From positions 1 through 54,708 of IMG/VR virus record IMGVR_UViG_3300021477_000008: a stretch of 54,708 bases of DNA. One strand, written 5' to 3'. This stretch comes from a virus (taxonomy: Duplodnaviria > Caudoviricetes). Shown here in pieces: positions 26,575 through 36,503 of the stretch. The notes beneath the pieces were generated by a model that was not told the origin of the DNA, did no database searches, and was given only the letters and a program-made list of their open reading frames with translations. Numbering within the stretch: the first letter of the stretch is position 1; each line of letters starts with the position of its first letter. The position numbers were made by a program, and so were the translations under genes.

Positions 26575-28638
26575 TTATGTGGTTTGACAGATTGGCGCTG
26601 TTATCATTGGCGCAAACTTGGGTTGCGGCTGTTTCTCCGCTGAATAAAATGCCCCAATGAAAACACAGTGGCCTTGAATGATGTTTCGGGTTTGAAGTGT
26701 ATAGAAATTTCGCATGGGCCGGTTCGTGGACGCATCGTAAGGTATTGGGCTTGGCTCGCCCAAACCCATCCTCGGTTGAAATCCGGGCTGACTGTCGCTG
26801 GCGTCGTTGCCAGCGCAGACGCTCCACGAGAACCAATCCGTCCAGCACGGGTATAAATCGGCCTTGTATTGGACTTGGAATATGACGGTCGCGCCCGGTT
26901 GAATTCCGTTAACCCATATTTCGCCATTGGACAAATACATGTACTGATGGTCGCGCTTGTCAATGCCGAACCGCATCGAGCCGCTGTCGAACTGCCACGT
27001 TATCGGAATGTCCTTTGTGCCGTCATTATCGTTGATGGACACGTTGCTGGTAAGAATCTCCCACAATTGAATGGCCCGATTGCCGCCCGTGAGGTTCAAC
27101 ACGAAAGCAAAACATCTGATGACATTGTTCACCTTTGGCCGCACGAGTTGTAACGTGTTTAACCCGCTCCACGCGCCGTCCCACACGCTCGGGGCTTTGC
27201 CGCGAATCGAGCTTAACGGGTCGAAATTGAGCGCAACGAATCCCTTGAAGTACACGCCCTGCTTGTCTTGCACCGGGCCGTAAGTGAGCACGTAACGATT
27301 GTCGAAATTAACCGCGCTTGCCCATGACAATAATCCGGGGTCATCCCCAGCGAGCGCCAGCGACACTTCAAATGAAATCGGCACGTTGCCCCAGACATCA
27401 AAGTCCTGCCTTGCAAGAATGAGCGAACCCGCTCCGTCCGGGCTTCGGAATATTGCGTCTCCATTGGCAAGCTGTGTGGAATTCTGGCCGGTTGCGCCCG
27501 AACCAATCAGGGATTCTGTGAGAATCGGATTGGTGAGGGTTTGCCACGTCAAACGGTCAACGGGTGCATTGCAGGAAAACACGGTGTCTTGCGTGAACAC
27601 TTGGAGCGGGCCTTGCCCTAGAGATTGGTCGAGAATGGAGACGAATCGCATCGCCTGAATTGTGCTCCCGCTGCTCGGTATGGTGAAATTGCCGCCGCCA
27701 ACGATGAACAGGTTCTCCGTGATGTTAATGATGGCATCCCGATAATCATTCGCCGCCGTGCCGGACGCGCCCCCGACCAAATCACCGGCAACAAATTGTT
27801 TGCCGTCCACCAGAGTCATCCAGATGCGACCCATGCCGTATGTGCCCATGCGTCCCGGTGGCAGTTGCGTTCCGCCGCCAGCCTTAAGCCACGACACGTC
27901 GTATCCATTGGCGAGATACCCGCCAAGCGGAGCAGAGGTGAGGTTGAGCAGTCCTACGTCAAGGCCGGAAATCGAAAGCACTTGGTAAGTTCCCGAGCCG
28001 AGAAATGTCACAATGTCGCCCACATCCAGATTGGTGACGCTGGTGAATACCACGGTGTTGCCTGAGCCTGAGCCGGTCGTGACCGCGCTGCCAATTGGCG
28101 GAATGGTAAACGCGCCGGAAGATGCGTCGGTTGTCGTGGCAACAACTGTGGGCTGTCCATAATCCGATTGAGTTGCTGTGCCAGCGTTGCCGTCGAATAT
28201 CAGCGTGGGATTCAATCCGTCTGTGATGATGACGAAGTATTCGGCCTGCCATAACCACGCCTGCGGTTGGATTGGAATATCCGGGTTGTCCGTAATTGGA
28301 ATCTGAACGCAAGTGATGACGTTGCCGACAATTGTGAATTGAAACAACTGGCTGGAAATGTAGGCGATGAGGGATGAAACGCCCGCATCAGACAGATAAT
28401 CGCACGCGCCTTGAAAATAACCCTGTTCAACCGTGGCTTGAACGAGCGGGGATGAATAGGCAACGGTTCGCCTTTGGTACGCCGGTCTGTGTGTCGCAAA
28501 TTTTCCCCGAACGGTGACGTTCAGGTTGTCCGCCATCGTTTGTGGCGGCAAATCGAGCGGCGAATCTCCTTGATTGACACCGCCGCCAAAACTTCCTAGC
28601 GCGTCATAAAGCGTTCCGGGTGTGAATGGCGTCGGCAC
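26575..28638 (-). CDS. Probable tail nozzle / DNA stabilisation protein (P22 gp10 or T7 gp12-like position)
   Basis: 687 aa; N-terminal SFGGGVNQ.DSP..LP….ADNLNV typical of this class; beta-rich. Confidence 0.6.
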   Translation of the reverse strand: MPTPFTPGTLYDALGSFGGGVNQGDSPLDLPPQTMADNLNVTVRGKFATHRPAYQRRTVAYSSPLVQATVEQGYFQGACDYLSDAGVSSLIAYISSQLFQFTIVGNVITCVQIPITDNPDIPIQPQAWLWQAEYFVIITDGLNPTLIFDGNAGTATQSDYGQPTVVATTTDASSGAFTIPPIGSAVTTGSGSGNTVVFTSVTNLDVGDIVTFLGSGTYQVLSISGLDVGLLNLTSAPLGGYLANGYDVSWLKAGGGTQLPPGRMGTYGMGRIWMTLVDGKQFVAGDLVGGASGTAANDYRDAIINITENLFIVGGGNFTIPSSGSTIQAMRFVSILDQSLGQGPLQVFTQDTVFSCNAPVDRLTWQTLTNPILTESLIGSGATGQNSTQLANGDAIFRSPDGAGSLILARQDFDVWGNVPISFEVSLALAGDDPGLLSWASAVNFDNRYVLTYGPVQDKQGVYFKGFVALNFDPLSSIRGKAPSVWDGAWSGLNTLQLVRPKVNNVIRCFAFVLNLTGGNRAIQLWEILTSNVSINDNDGTKDIPITWQFDSGSMRFGIDKRDHQYMYLSNGEIWVNGIQPGATVIFQVQYKADLYPCWTDWFSWSVCAGNDASDSQPGFQPRMGLGEPSPIPYDASTNRPMRNFYTLQTRNIIQGHCVFIGAFYSAEKQPQPKFAPMITAPICQTT

Positions 28639-28642
28639 ATGA

Positions 28643-29185
28643 TTACGCGATTTTCACCGCGAATATTTCGCATTGGGTGATTTGAATGCTGCCTGCGCTC
28701 GGTGTCGCCGCGATGGCCGCCCAAATCTGAATCACATCTCCCGCCGTCGCCACGTAAGCCACGGGCGGTATCGGGATAATGCCCGCCGTGTAGGTCAGGG
28801 TGGTGATGACGGCCACATTGAAGGAGGCGCTGGCGTTGGCCACGTCCGAAATCGTGTTGTTCGTGCAACGCAACTTCACGGTGACGAGTTCGTTGCTGCC
28901 AAATGTCGCCCCGTTGTAATCCAGACTCACCCTTGCATGAAGTTCGTACGTTCCCGCCGCTGCGAGCGTGATGGAAGGCGATGTCGTGCCCATTGCCACA
29001 AGTTGCGACACGGTGGTAAGGCTGTACGCTGTTCCGCTGCCGTATACGGACACAGTTGAAAGCGTGGCGGCTGGCCCTTGCGGGCCAATCGGGCCGGGCA
29101 ATCCGTCTTGGCCAGCCGGGCCGGGGATATTGGTGACAACCGGCGTGGAACTGCAAGCGGGCAAACAGGGCGCTGGATATGGCAT
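28643..29185 (-). CDS. Collagen-like short fibre protein
   Basis: GPAGQDGLPGPIGPQGPA triplets followed by a beta-sandwich-like domain. Confidence 0.7.
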   Translation of the reverse strand: MPYPAPCLPACSSTPVVTNIPGPAGQDGLPGPIGPQGPAATLSTVSVYGSGTAYSLTTVSQLVAMGTTSPSITLAAAGTYELHARVSLDYNGATFGSNELVTVKLRCTNNTISDVANASASFNVAVITTLTYTAGIIPIPPVAYVATAGDVIQIWAAIAATPSAGSIQITQCEIFAVKIA

Positions 29186-29256
29186 ACGCTGTATCTAGTT
29201 GACTTTCCAAACCGTGAGTAGCATACGTGTGGGTGAGCGTCAAACAGAATCGCGCC

Positions 29257-31080
29257 ATGCCATTCAACATCCAAACCACTCTTTCACGATACGGCGCGTC
29301 TTGGAAGCGTGCGGACTGGGATGATTTGGAGATTGAAAAAGAGTGCATCCGGCGCAACGGCTCTTGGAAGGGGGAACGCGGACAGCAATGCGGCGCGGGA
29401 CTTTTTGCGCATTACGCCAACATGCAGAAAGTGCTTTGGCCGGAAGATTACACGAACAGATGGACGGAACTGGCCCTGCGCCGGATGGTCGAGGAGGAAA
29501 TCGTCGTGTTCATGGGGTGCTCCGATTCTGGAAAAACTTACGGCATGTCTAAATTCGTGCTGTGCGATTACTGGTGTTTCCCGAATGACACGCTTTGGAT
29601 TGTTTCGTCCACGGAATATCGCGGGGCGGAACTCAGGATTTGGGGCGCGATTAAGCGGCTGTTCAATCGGGCGAGAGAACGATTCCCCTACCTTGACGGA
29701 GTGCCGCTTGAGGGCGCAAAAGCCATCGCCACGGACAAGATTGATGACAACGGCGAAGTCGCCCGCACCATCCAGCGCGGCCTTGTGGTAGTGCCTTCCA
29801 AGAAAGGAAATCAGGCGGTCGGATTAAGCGCGTTCATCGGAGTGAAATCCCCGCGCCTGCGTCATGCCGGGGACGAGGTTTCCGTGATGGAACCGGGATT
29901 CCTGGACGCTTATTCCAACTGGTACGGCAAAGAGAATTTCAAGGGGATTATGTGCGGCAACCCGACGGATTTGGCAGACCCGCTCTGCCGCGCAGCGCAA
30001 CCGCCCGGTGGATGGAGCACGTTCGTTGACACTGAAAAGACTCAGGAATGGCGTAGCCAGTTTTACGATGCGTGGGTTGTGGCGTTTGACGGCAGGGATT
30101 CGCCCAACCTTGATTACCCGGATTCCGAGCCGGTGCGATTCAAGGAATTCATCGGTCGCAAGAAAATAAACGGAGTCAAAAAGAGCGAGGGTGAGAATTC
30201 CCTGATTTATTACAGTCAGGTTGTGGGAAAGCCTTCACGCGGTCTGATATTCAACCGAGTGCTGACCGAGGCTGTGTGCATTGACGGTCTGGCGTTTGAT
30301 GAAGCGGTTTGGGCAGGCTCGCCCCGCAAGAAGGTGTTCGCCATAGACCCGGCGTACGGCGGCGGGGACAGATGCGTGGCCGGATACATCGAGATAGGCA
30401 AAGGCCGGGACGACGAGGAAATCATTCGCGTGAATATTCCCGTTGTCGTTCCAATCAATCCCGCGTCAGTCATCGAACCGGAAGACCAGATTGCGCTTTA
30501 CGTCAAGCAACAGTTGACGCTTGAAGGCATTCCCGCGTCGCAATGCTTCTATGATTCGTTCGGGCGCGGCACGGTCGGATACGCCTTCTCGAAGTTGTTC
30601 GGCGATTCGTGTCCTGTCCCGGTGGATTCCGGCGCGATGCCCACCGAACGTCCCGTGCGGTTTGATTTGTTCGCCGAGGAATTGGACTTGGATGGAAAGC
30701 AACGTCTCAAGACATGCCGTGAGCATTATTCAAAGTTCATAACCGAGATGTGGTTCAGCGTCCGCGAAACCATTCAAGGCAAACAAATGCGGGAGCTTCC
30801 AAAAGATGTGATGGAGGAAGGCTGTCTTCGCATTTACAAAATGGTCAAGGGCAACCGATACGAAGTCGAGTCCAAAGAGGACATGAAAGAGCGCATCCGA
30901 AAAAGCCCGGACTTGTTCGACTGGCTCGCCGTCGCGGTCGAGGGCGCTCGTCGCATTGGTTTCAAGATAAAACGCATCGGCGGCGATGTTGACAACAAAG
31001 AGGTAGAACCGGACTATTTTGAAACCGAAGCTCGGGAATATCAGGAAGCCATTCGCTCTGGCCTGTTAAAACACGTATGA
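29257..31080 (+). CDS. terL: Terminase large subunit
   Basis: Walker A GCSDSGKT, Walker B HAGDE, coupling motif GNP, nuclease AIDPAYGGGD, C-terminal ESKEDMK.R..KSPDLFD. Confidence 0.9.
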   Translation: MPFNIQTTLSRYGASWKRADWDDLEIEKECIRRNGSWKGERGQQCGAGLFAHYANMQKVLWPEDYTNRWTELALRRMVEEEIVVFMGCSDSGKTYGMSKFVLCDYWCFPNDTLWIVSSTEYRGAELRIWGAIKRLFNRARERFPYLDGVPLEGAKAIATDKIDDNGEVARTIQRGLVVVPSKKGNQAVGLSAFIGVKSPRLRHAGDEVSVMEPGFLDAYSNWYGKENFKGIMCGNPTDLADPLCRAAQPPGGWSTFVDTEKTQEWRSQFYDAWVVAFDGRDSPNLDYPDSEPVRFKEFIGRKKINGVKKSEGENSLIYYSQVVGKPSRGLIFNRVLTEAVCIDGLAFDEAVWAGSPRKKVFAIDPAYGGGDRCVAGYIEIGKGRDDEEIIRVNIPVVVPINPASVIEPEDQIALYVKQQLTLEGIPASQCFYDSFGRGTVGYAFSKLFGDSCPVPVDSGAMPTERPVRFDLFAEELDLDGKQRLKTCREHYSKFITEMWFSVRETIQGKQMRELPKDVMEEGCLRIYKMVKGNRYEVESKEDMKERIRKSPDLFDWLAVAVEGARRIGFKIKRIGGDVDNKEVEPDYFETEAREYQEAIRSGLLKHV

Positions 31081-31388
31081 GACTGCGAACCGCCGACATC
31101 GTTCCTCCCGGTGGATTTCCCTACTATCAGGGCGGCGCAAAGCCGTACAAGTTTCAGGCTGTGCCGGACGCCGTGACGCAGGCTCATGCCATCGCAAATT
31201 ATCGTTCGGCAAACAATCTCGCTCGCTCGACATTCGAGGAATCGTACGCCGATTTGATTGCCTACACTTGCGTCAGGCTTGGAGGCAACACGCGGTTCTG
31301 CATTGATGACGGCGGCGTTGCGGCTGCGCCTGAGTTTTACTCGCATACAGCCAGTGATTGCAAAGGGTGCGGAGCGCCGGTCACATGA
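31077..31388 (+). CDS. Hypothetical protein (VPPGGF…CKGCG)
   Basis: ATGA-coupled to terL. Confidence 0.7.
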   Translation: MRLRTADIVPPGGFPYYQGGAKPYKFQAVPDAVTQAHAIANYRSANNLARSTFEESYADLIAYTCVRLGGNTRFCIDDGGVAAAPEFYSHTASDCKGCGAPVT

Positions 31389-31795
31389 GTGTTTTGGATG
31401 AAATTCGCAACGACATTAACGGCGCGGCCATTCTCAATGACTGGTTGGGCGCGGGAGGTCATCCTGTCAGTCAAGAGACTTCTGACCATCGTTCGCTCGC
31501 CTGTGTTCGTGGCAATAACGGCGAGATATGCCGGGAGAACGTCGCTCCCAAATGGTGGGAAACGGCCAAAGGAAAAATTGCCGACGCGATTCGCTCCCAA
31601 CTTGAACTCAAAAATAAATTGCGTATGACAACACCACTGGAATCCCATTTGTCCATGTGCAGGGTTTGCGGCTGTTGTTTGCCGTTAAAGGTGTTTGTCC
31701 CGATTCAACACATCAAGGCGCACACGCCGTCTGAAATGCTGGCTCGCTACCCGTCATTCTGCTGGCAGCGCAAAGAAATGGAGCAACATGCCTAA
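31385..31795 (+). CDS. Cys-rich hypothetical protein
   Basis: CRVCGCCLPLKV…CW; start MSVLDEIR coupled to the previous gene. Confidence 0.7.
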   Translation: MSVLDEIRNDINGAAILNDWLGAGGHPVSQETSDHRSLACVRGNNGEICRENVAPKWWETAKGKIADAIRSQLELKNKLRMTTPLESHLSMCRVCGCCLPLKVFVPIQHIKAHTPSEMLARYPSFCWQRKEMEQHA

Positions 31796-34034
31796 CTGGT
31801 CGTCAGCCGAAAAAGTGATACAAACCATCCGCGCCGGGGATGACATTGCTTTTGTCCAATCCGAGAATCGCTCGAAGGTCATTCGCGCCGCCAATTGCGC
31901 CCCGCCGCTTGACGCCAAACTCGCCGAGAAAATCGGCCTCAAGATTAATGTCGAGTGGGGCGAACTCACCCAAAAGTTGCTCGATGCCCGCCGCCAGTTT
32001 TTGAGCGCGCACACGGGAAGCCAGTATTTTTTCACGGTCAAATTTCCCGATGGCCCGGACGATAAGCGCGACGACTGGGGCGCGTTCGTCACCGCGAAGG
32101 CGAACAAACCGTTGCGCGAGAGCATGGCGTTTTATCATCTGCACGATTATCGGTGGGCGAGCGTGTCCAATCACGGCATCGGGCCGTCCGAATGGAAAGA
32201 CCCGTATTGCATCGTGCCGCGATTCGCCGCCTTGAACGATTTGAGAATCGCCACGGACACGCTCACGGACTTCTCAAATCTTGAATGGCTGGCCGTTCGC
32301 CGGTCGTACACATGGTTTGAATTGATCAATGCCGCCATCAATTCCAAAAAGGGAAATCGTTGGGATAAAAAAGCCGTGATGGAGATTCTGCGAAGATACA
32401 AGACGGCCAATTTCACGGACGCGCAGAACAATTACAACATGGAAACCGACATCGAAAAACTTGTCGGATTGACCAAGCAAAATGGAGGGTATTACGGCAA
32501 CGACGCGCTCCCGTTGATTCCGCTCTGGCACTTTTATTTTCACGATGACACCGGCGAGAACGGGGAAAAAGGGTGGTACATGGTGGTTGTTCCTGAAAGC
32601 GAAACCATCCGTGGCGGCGCACCGGACGAGTTCCTGTGGAAATCGGACAAGCCCTACGCAGCTAAATTGGAACACTTTTTTCATTGTCAATTCGGCGATT
32701 TGAACAATGACCCGCCGTTCAAGTTCTCCGAGACTCGCGGGCTTGGGTTCATGCTGTTGGAACAGACGTATTGGAGGAACATCACGCGCTGCCGGATGCT
32801 TCAACATATCCACGACAACTTCAACATCTGGCTGAGGTCAACTGACCCCGTGGGCAAGGCAAGGGCCAGCATTCAGGAATTCGCCAACATGGCCGTGGTT
32901 CACCCCGGCCTGACCGTCATCCCTCAGGCCGAGCGCCATCAAGTCGAGGCTGACCTCGTGGAATACGGCATGGCGGACTTGAAGCAGTTGATTCAGGAAT
33001 CTTCATCGGGATACACGCAGCAACAGGACACCGGCACGAGCAAGGAACAAACCGCTTTCGAGACGCGCGTGAAGATGGAGCAAACCAACGCCGTGCTTGG
33101 CAGCATCCTGCAAAAGAGTTTCAAATACGAGGCTCAGGTTCACCGGGAAATCATGCGCCGATTCTGCCTGCCCCGGTCGCAAGATTTGGACGCGCTGAAA
33201 TTCCAACGCGCCTGCCGCCAATACAACATCCCCCGGCAGTTCCTAGATGTTGACTTGATGGAGATTGAGCCGGTGACGCCGCTTGGCATGGGCAACCCAA
33301 CGCTTGCGCTCACGATGGCGCAGCAACTCATGTCCGCCAGGGGCGCGTATCCGGCAAAGGCGCAGATGGAGATTCTGCACCAATACACGCTGGTCGTCAC
33401 GCAAGACCCGCGCAAGGCGGCACGGTGGGCGCCGGTCGAGGGCGCTCCGATGGAATCGGACGCGAAACGCGAAGCCATAGGCTTGTTCGGTACGCTGATG
33501 ACCGGCGTTCCTGTTCCTCCCATGCAATCCAACTTCATTGACCAGATTGACGCTCTGATGCCGTTGCTTGCAGGCAAGGTCGTTCAGATTGAACAGCGCG
33601 ACAACATGGCCGACCACGCCGAGGCGTCGGGATTGATGAACGTCGGCAATTACATCGCGCAGTGCATCAAAGGGCTTGCCGAAGACCCGGTGCAAAAGGC
33701 CCGCGTGAAGCAGTATTCGGATTCGCTTGGCAAGGTGATGAACCAAGTCAAGGGCGTCGGTCAACGCGGGGCGGAAGCCGCGCAGAAACAGGGCGGAAAC
33801 AACGGAGACGACGCCAAGCTCGCCGTCGAATTGCGAAATAAAAAGGTCAAAGAAGATGCCAATGCGCGAAGCAAGGATGCAAAAACCGCGCAGTCCATTC
33901 ATCACAAGGACATGGCGTTTCGTCAGAATCAGAAAATCAAGGACGCTGAGGCTTTTTCCGAGATTCAAAGAAAAAATATCGCGGCCAAAGTGGACGCTAA
34001 CAACCGAACACATTCATTCGATGGAGAAGATTAA
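31788..34034 (+). CDS. Probable portal protein
   Basis: 748 aa downstream of terL; EQTAFE motif and helical barrel-like C-terminus as in P22-type portals. Confidence 0.7.
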   Translation: MPNWSSAEKVIQTIRAGDDIAFVQSENRSKVIRAANCAPPLDAKLAEKIGLKINVEWGELTQKLLDARRQFLSAHTGSQYFFTVKFPDGPDDKRDDWGAFVTAKANKPLRESMAFYHLHDYRWASVSNHGIGPSEWKDPYCIVPRFAALNDLRIATDTLTDFSNLEWLAVRRSYTWFELINAAINSKKGNRWDKKAVMEILRRYKTANFTDAQNNYNMETDIEKLVGLTKQNGGYYGNDALPLIPLWHFYFHDDTGENGEKGWYMVVVPESETIRGGAPDEFLWKSDKPYAAKLEHFFHCQFGDLNNDPPFKFSETRGLGFMLLEQTYWRNITRCRMLQHIHDNFNIWLRSTDPVGKARASIQEFANMAVVHPGLTVIPQAERHQVEADLVEYGMADLKQLIQESSSGYTQQQDTGTSKEQTAFETRVKMEQTNAVLGSILQKSFKYEAQVHREIMRRFCLPRSQDLDALKFQRACRQYNIPRQFLDVDLMEIEPVTPLGMGNPTLALTMAQQLMSARGAYPAKAQMEILHQYTLVVTQDPRKAARWAPVEGAPMESDAKREAIGLFGTLMTGVPVPPMQSNFIDQIDALMPLLAGKVVQIEQRDNMADHAEASGLMNVGNYIAQCIKGLAEDPVQKARVKQYSDSLGKVMNQVKGVGQRGAEAAQKQGGNNGDDAKLAVELRNKKVKEDANARSKDAKTAQSIHHKDMAFRQNQKIKDAEAFSEIQRKNIAAKVDANNRTHSFDGED

Positions 34035-34152
34035 AACGGAATCGAAACCGACTCCAAGACACGAACTCATCGCCGATAAAAAGGCGATTCACGAGGAGTT
34101 GAAAAAAGACCGCGAGCGCAAAACTGTTCGCGTGAAATCGGAGTTGCCATAA
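34021..34152 (+). CDS. Small basic protein (43 aa, MEKIKTESKPTPRHE…)
   Basis: Overlaps the portal stop; its stop overlaps the next ATG (TAATG). Confidence 0.55.
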   Translation: MEKIKTESKPTPRHELIADKKAIHEELKKDRERKTVRVKSELP

Positions 34153-34214
34153 TGCCGGAAGGATGGACAGACGGGGACGACGAATCGTTACCTGACGAAA
34201 TGGATGATGAATGA
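34152..34214 (+). CDS. 20-aa acidic peptide MPEGWTDGDDESLPDEMDDE
   Basis: TAATG coupling upstream and ATGA coupling downstream; fills the gap exactly. Confidence 0.5.
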   Translation: MPEGWTDGDDESLPDEMDDE

Positions 34215-35518
34215 AAGAACCATCCGACGTAACCGCATTGATTGTGGATAACGACAGGGCATTGTTCCTGCCGCTGGCCGTGTACTTGGGTCAAATCGGG
34301 GCATTCAAGCGCGTGCTTTACCATTGCGGGCCGGATGGCTCGTTTCCAACCATCGGAGAGTGTTCGGTTGGCAAGGGATTTGAGGGCGTGGAGCGTTGCG
34401 ACAGCCCGTTATCGGCAAAATCCGAGGTGGATTTGCTGATTTGTCCCGACATCAACACGAGCGACATTCAAAAGGACTTTGAAAATTCAGGAATCGCGGT
34501 CTGGGGGTCGGGTTACGGCGATGAATTGGAGAATCGGCGCATTTTATTCCACGAAACGCTCGATAAAATCGGCCTGTTGACGCCGCCGTACCATGTGTGC
34601 AAGGGGTTGCAGCAGCTTGTCGAGTATTTGAAGGATAAAAAGGACGTTTTCCTGAAAATATCGCGTTATCGCGGCTCTTGGGAGACGCGAAAGTTTCGCA
34701 ACATGGATTTAGATTCGTCCGTTCTCCACATTTTCGCGCAACGCTTCGGCCCGATGGCCGACAAGGTTCGGGTCGTTGTCTGTGACAAGATTGAAACCGA
34801 CTTGGAGCTTGGAGCCGATGCCTACAACGTCTCGGGGGCGTGGCCGGATTACATGTTGAACGGTTGGGAGTTGAAAGACCGGGCTTATTTATCGTCAATC
34901 ACACGGCGTGAGGACATGCCGAAACAAATCATTGACATCACCGAGGCTGTTGCGCCGTTGCTGGCCAAGTACAATTACCGAAATTTCATCAGTTTTGAGG
35001 ACAGGGTTGCCGGTGACAAACATTATTGGATTGACGCCACGCAACGGTTTTCCATTCCGGCAAGTCCGTCACAGTGCCGCGCGTGGAAAAATCTGCCGCT
35101 CATTCTTTGGCATGGCGCACACGGAGAATTGGTGCAGCCCGAGTCATCCTGCAAGTTCACTGCCGAATGTTTGATGACGATGAAATCCGAACCGCATTAC
35201 TGGTCACAAACTGAGTTTGACGGGGAAACGATGAAACATGCCGCCATGCCGCATTGCTGCATCGTGGACGGTTTTGTCTCGTTCCCGCCAGGCGAACCAA
35301 AGGACGGTTCGGACATTGGCTGGCTGTGCGCCACCGGGGATACCATAGAGGAAGTCGTGGACACCATGAAAGGATTGGCCGACAATCTTCCTGACGGAGT
35401 GGATGCGGACACGGACAGCCTCGTGGATTTGCTTTCGGAAGTTTCAAAAGCGGAGGATGAAGGCATCGAGTTCTCCGAGCAAAACATTCCCGCGCCCGAA
35501 ACCGCGTTAAATGTGTGA
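34211..35518 (+). CDS. ATP-grasp ligase, distantly PurD(GARS)-like
   Basis: VWGSG…LENRR..F, FLKISRYRG, ELG.D, GWE.K, IDAT.RF..P pattern following the PurD fold. Confidence 0.7.
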   Translation: MKEPSDVTALIVDNDRALFLPLAVYLGQIGAFKRVLYHCGPDGSFPTIGECSVGKGFEGVERCDSPLSAKSEVDLLICPDINTSDIQKDFENSGIAVWGSGYGDELENRRILFHETLDKIGLLTPPYHVCKGLQQLVEYLKDKKDVFLKISRYRGSWETRKFRNMDLDSSVLHIFAQRFGPMADKVRVVVCDKIETDLELGADAYNVSGAWPDYMLNGWELKDRAYLSSITRREDMPKQIIDITEAVAPLLAKYNYRNFISFEDRVAGDKHYWIDATQRFSIPASPSQCRAWKNLPLILWHGAHGELVQPESSCKFTAECLMTMKSEPHYWSQTEFDGETMKHAAMPHCCIVDGFVSFPPGEPKDGSDIGWLCATGDTIEEVVDTMKGLADNLPDGVDADTDSLVDLLSEVSKAEDEGIEFSEQNIPAPETALNV

Positions 35519-35591
35519 TTGACAATCCTTCCTGATTGGCCGAACATTCTTCTTTCATGGCTCACATTTGGTGTGCCTTTGTCCGGGGTTG

Positions 35592-35622
35592 ACGCCGCTC
35601 TTCGGGGCGGCGTTTTTGTTTT
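35592..35622 (+). terminator. Rho-independent terminator
   Basis: ACGCCGCTC-TTCG-GGGCGGCGT followed by TTTTGTTTT, between convergent operons. Confidence 0.85.
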
Positions 35623-35828
35623 CACGGTCTTGTCAGTTTCTCGATGGTGCGGATAGAGTGATCGAGCTTTTCCGCGAGGTCAACGACGGCATCAGAGGCA
35701 ATGCCGGGAGTCCGCCTGAGATATGCCTTGGCCTCTTTCTGCGCCTGTCGCGCCTCTTCCAGCGCGGCTATCAGCCGAATGTTCTGCTCAATGAGCGCGG
35801 ACAGGGTGGGCGTGGGTTTAGGAGTCAT
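35622..35828 (-). CDS. Hypothetical protein
   Basis: 68-aa helical ORF. Confidence 0.6.
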   Translation of the reverse strand: MTPKPTPTLSALIEQNIRLIAALEEARQAQKEAKAYLRRTPGIASDAVVDLAEKLDHSIRTIEKLTRP

Positions 35829-36330
35829 ATGAAATTGGGGTTAGCGTTTTTCGTAGATAGAGCGGGTGTTTCGGTGTCCAGTCCGCATTTAGTCCAAGAT
35901 GATGCGGGATTATTTTATTTCTGCGCAGCATCTCGCAAACCAGAATGCCTCTCCCGTTAAAGTTACCTCCACGGCCCCATGCGCAAACCACAAGTGAAGC
36001 GTCAGTGGCAATTCTGGTTATGAAAGTGTCGTTCTCGTTTCCGATTGGGTCTTCGGTTGCCATCATCGCTTTTGGGTCTGTAGCCCGAAACGCGAACAAA
36101 TTTGTCATGCACATCGCGCCGTATCCCCATGATTTAGCGAATGCGATGCAGCGGCGAATCGTCGGGTCGTCTTGTGTTTCGTCAGCAGTGGACGGATTGA
36201 GGCCGATGAACTGGACAAACCCTTCTTTCTGTTTATTTATTCCTTCCCAGATTAGGTCGCCACCAAATTCACGCCAAAGGGTGTAGCGATATTTGCGGTC
36301 AGCAGAGAAGACGATTTTGCGGTCGCTCAT
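35818..36330 (-). CDS. DUF1643 family protein
   Basis: YRYTLWR, LNPSTADETQDDPTIRRC, NLFAFRATDP, AWG, PKHPLY. Confidence 0.92.
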   Translation of the reverse strand: MSDRKIVFSADRKYRYTLWREFGGDLIWEGINKQKEGFVQFIGLNPSTADETQDDPTIRRCIAFAKSWGYGAMCMTNLFAFRATDPKAMMATEDPIGNENDTFITRIATDASLVVCAWGRGGNFNGRGILVCEMLRRNKIIPHHLGLNADWTPKHPLYLRKTLTPISYDS

Positions 36331-36503
36331 CGGTTCACTTTCTCTTTGGCTTTCCGTTTCCTTCGTTCATACTTCTCCGAGCACCCGCCGCAGACAGCGG
36401 TGCGCCTCACAAATTGTTCCGTCACAAACTCGCCCGGCTCATACTGCCGAACGATGGGCATTCCGCAGTTCACGCAGAAACAGTTGATGGTTTGGAGGGT
36501 CAT
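36327..36503 (-). CDS. Small zinc-ribbon protein (58 aa)
   Basis: CVNCG…CGGC; overlaps both neighbours by 4 nt. Confidence 0.6.
   Translation of the reverse strand: MTLQTINCFCVNCGMPIVRQYEPGEFVTEQFVRRTAVCGGCSEKYERRKRKAKEKVNR

Noticed and set aside
34211-35518. Call as bona fide purD metabolic gene
   Set aside because: Lacks the N-terminal GxGGRE-type motif and has no purine-pathway context; only the ATP-grasp fold is supported
35519-35592. TTGACA promoter with an 11-codon ORF or small RNA before the terminator
   Set aside because: Weak -10 element, no RBS, too short to support
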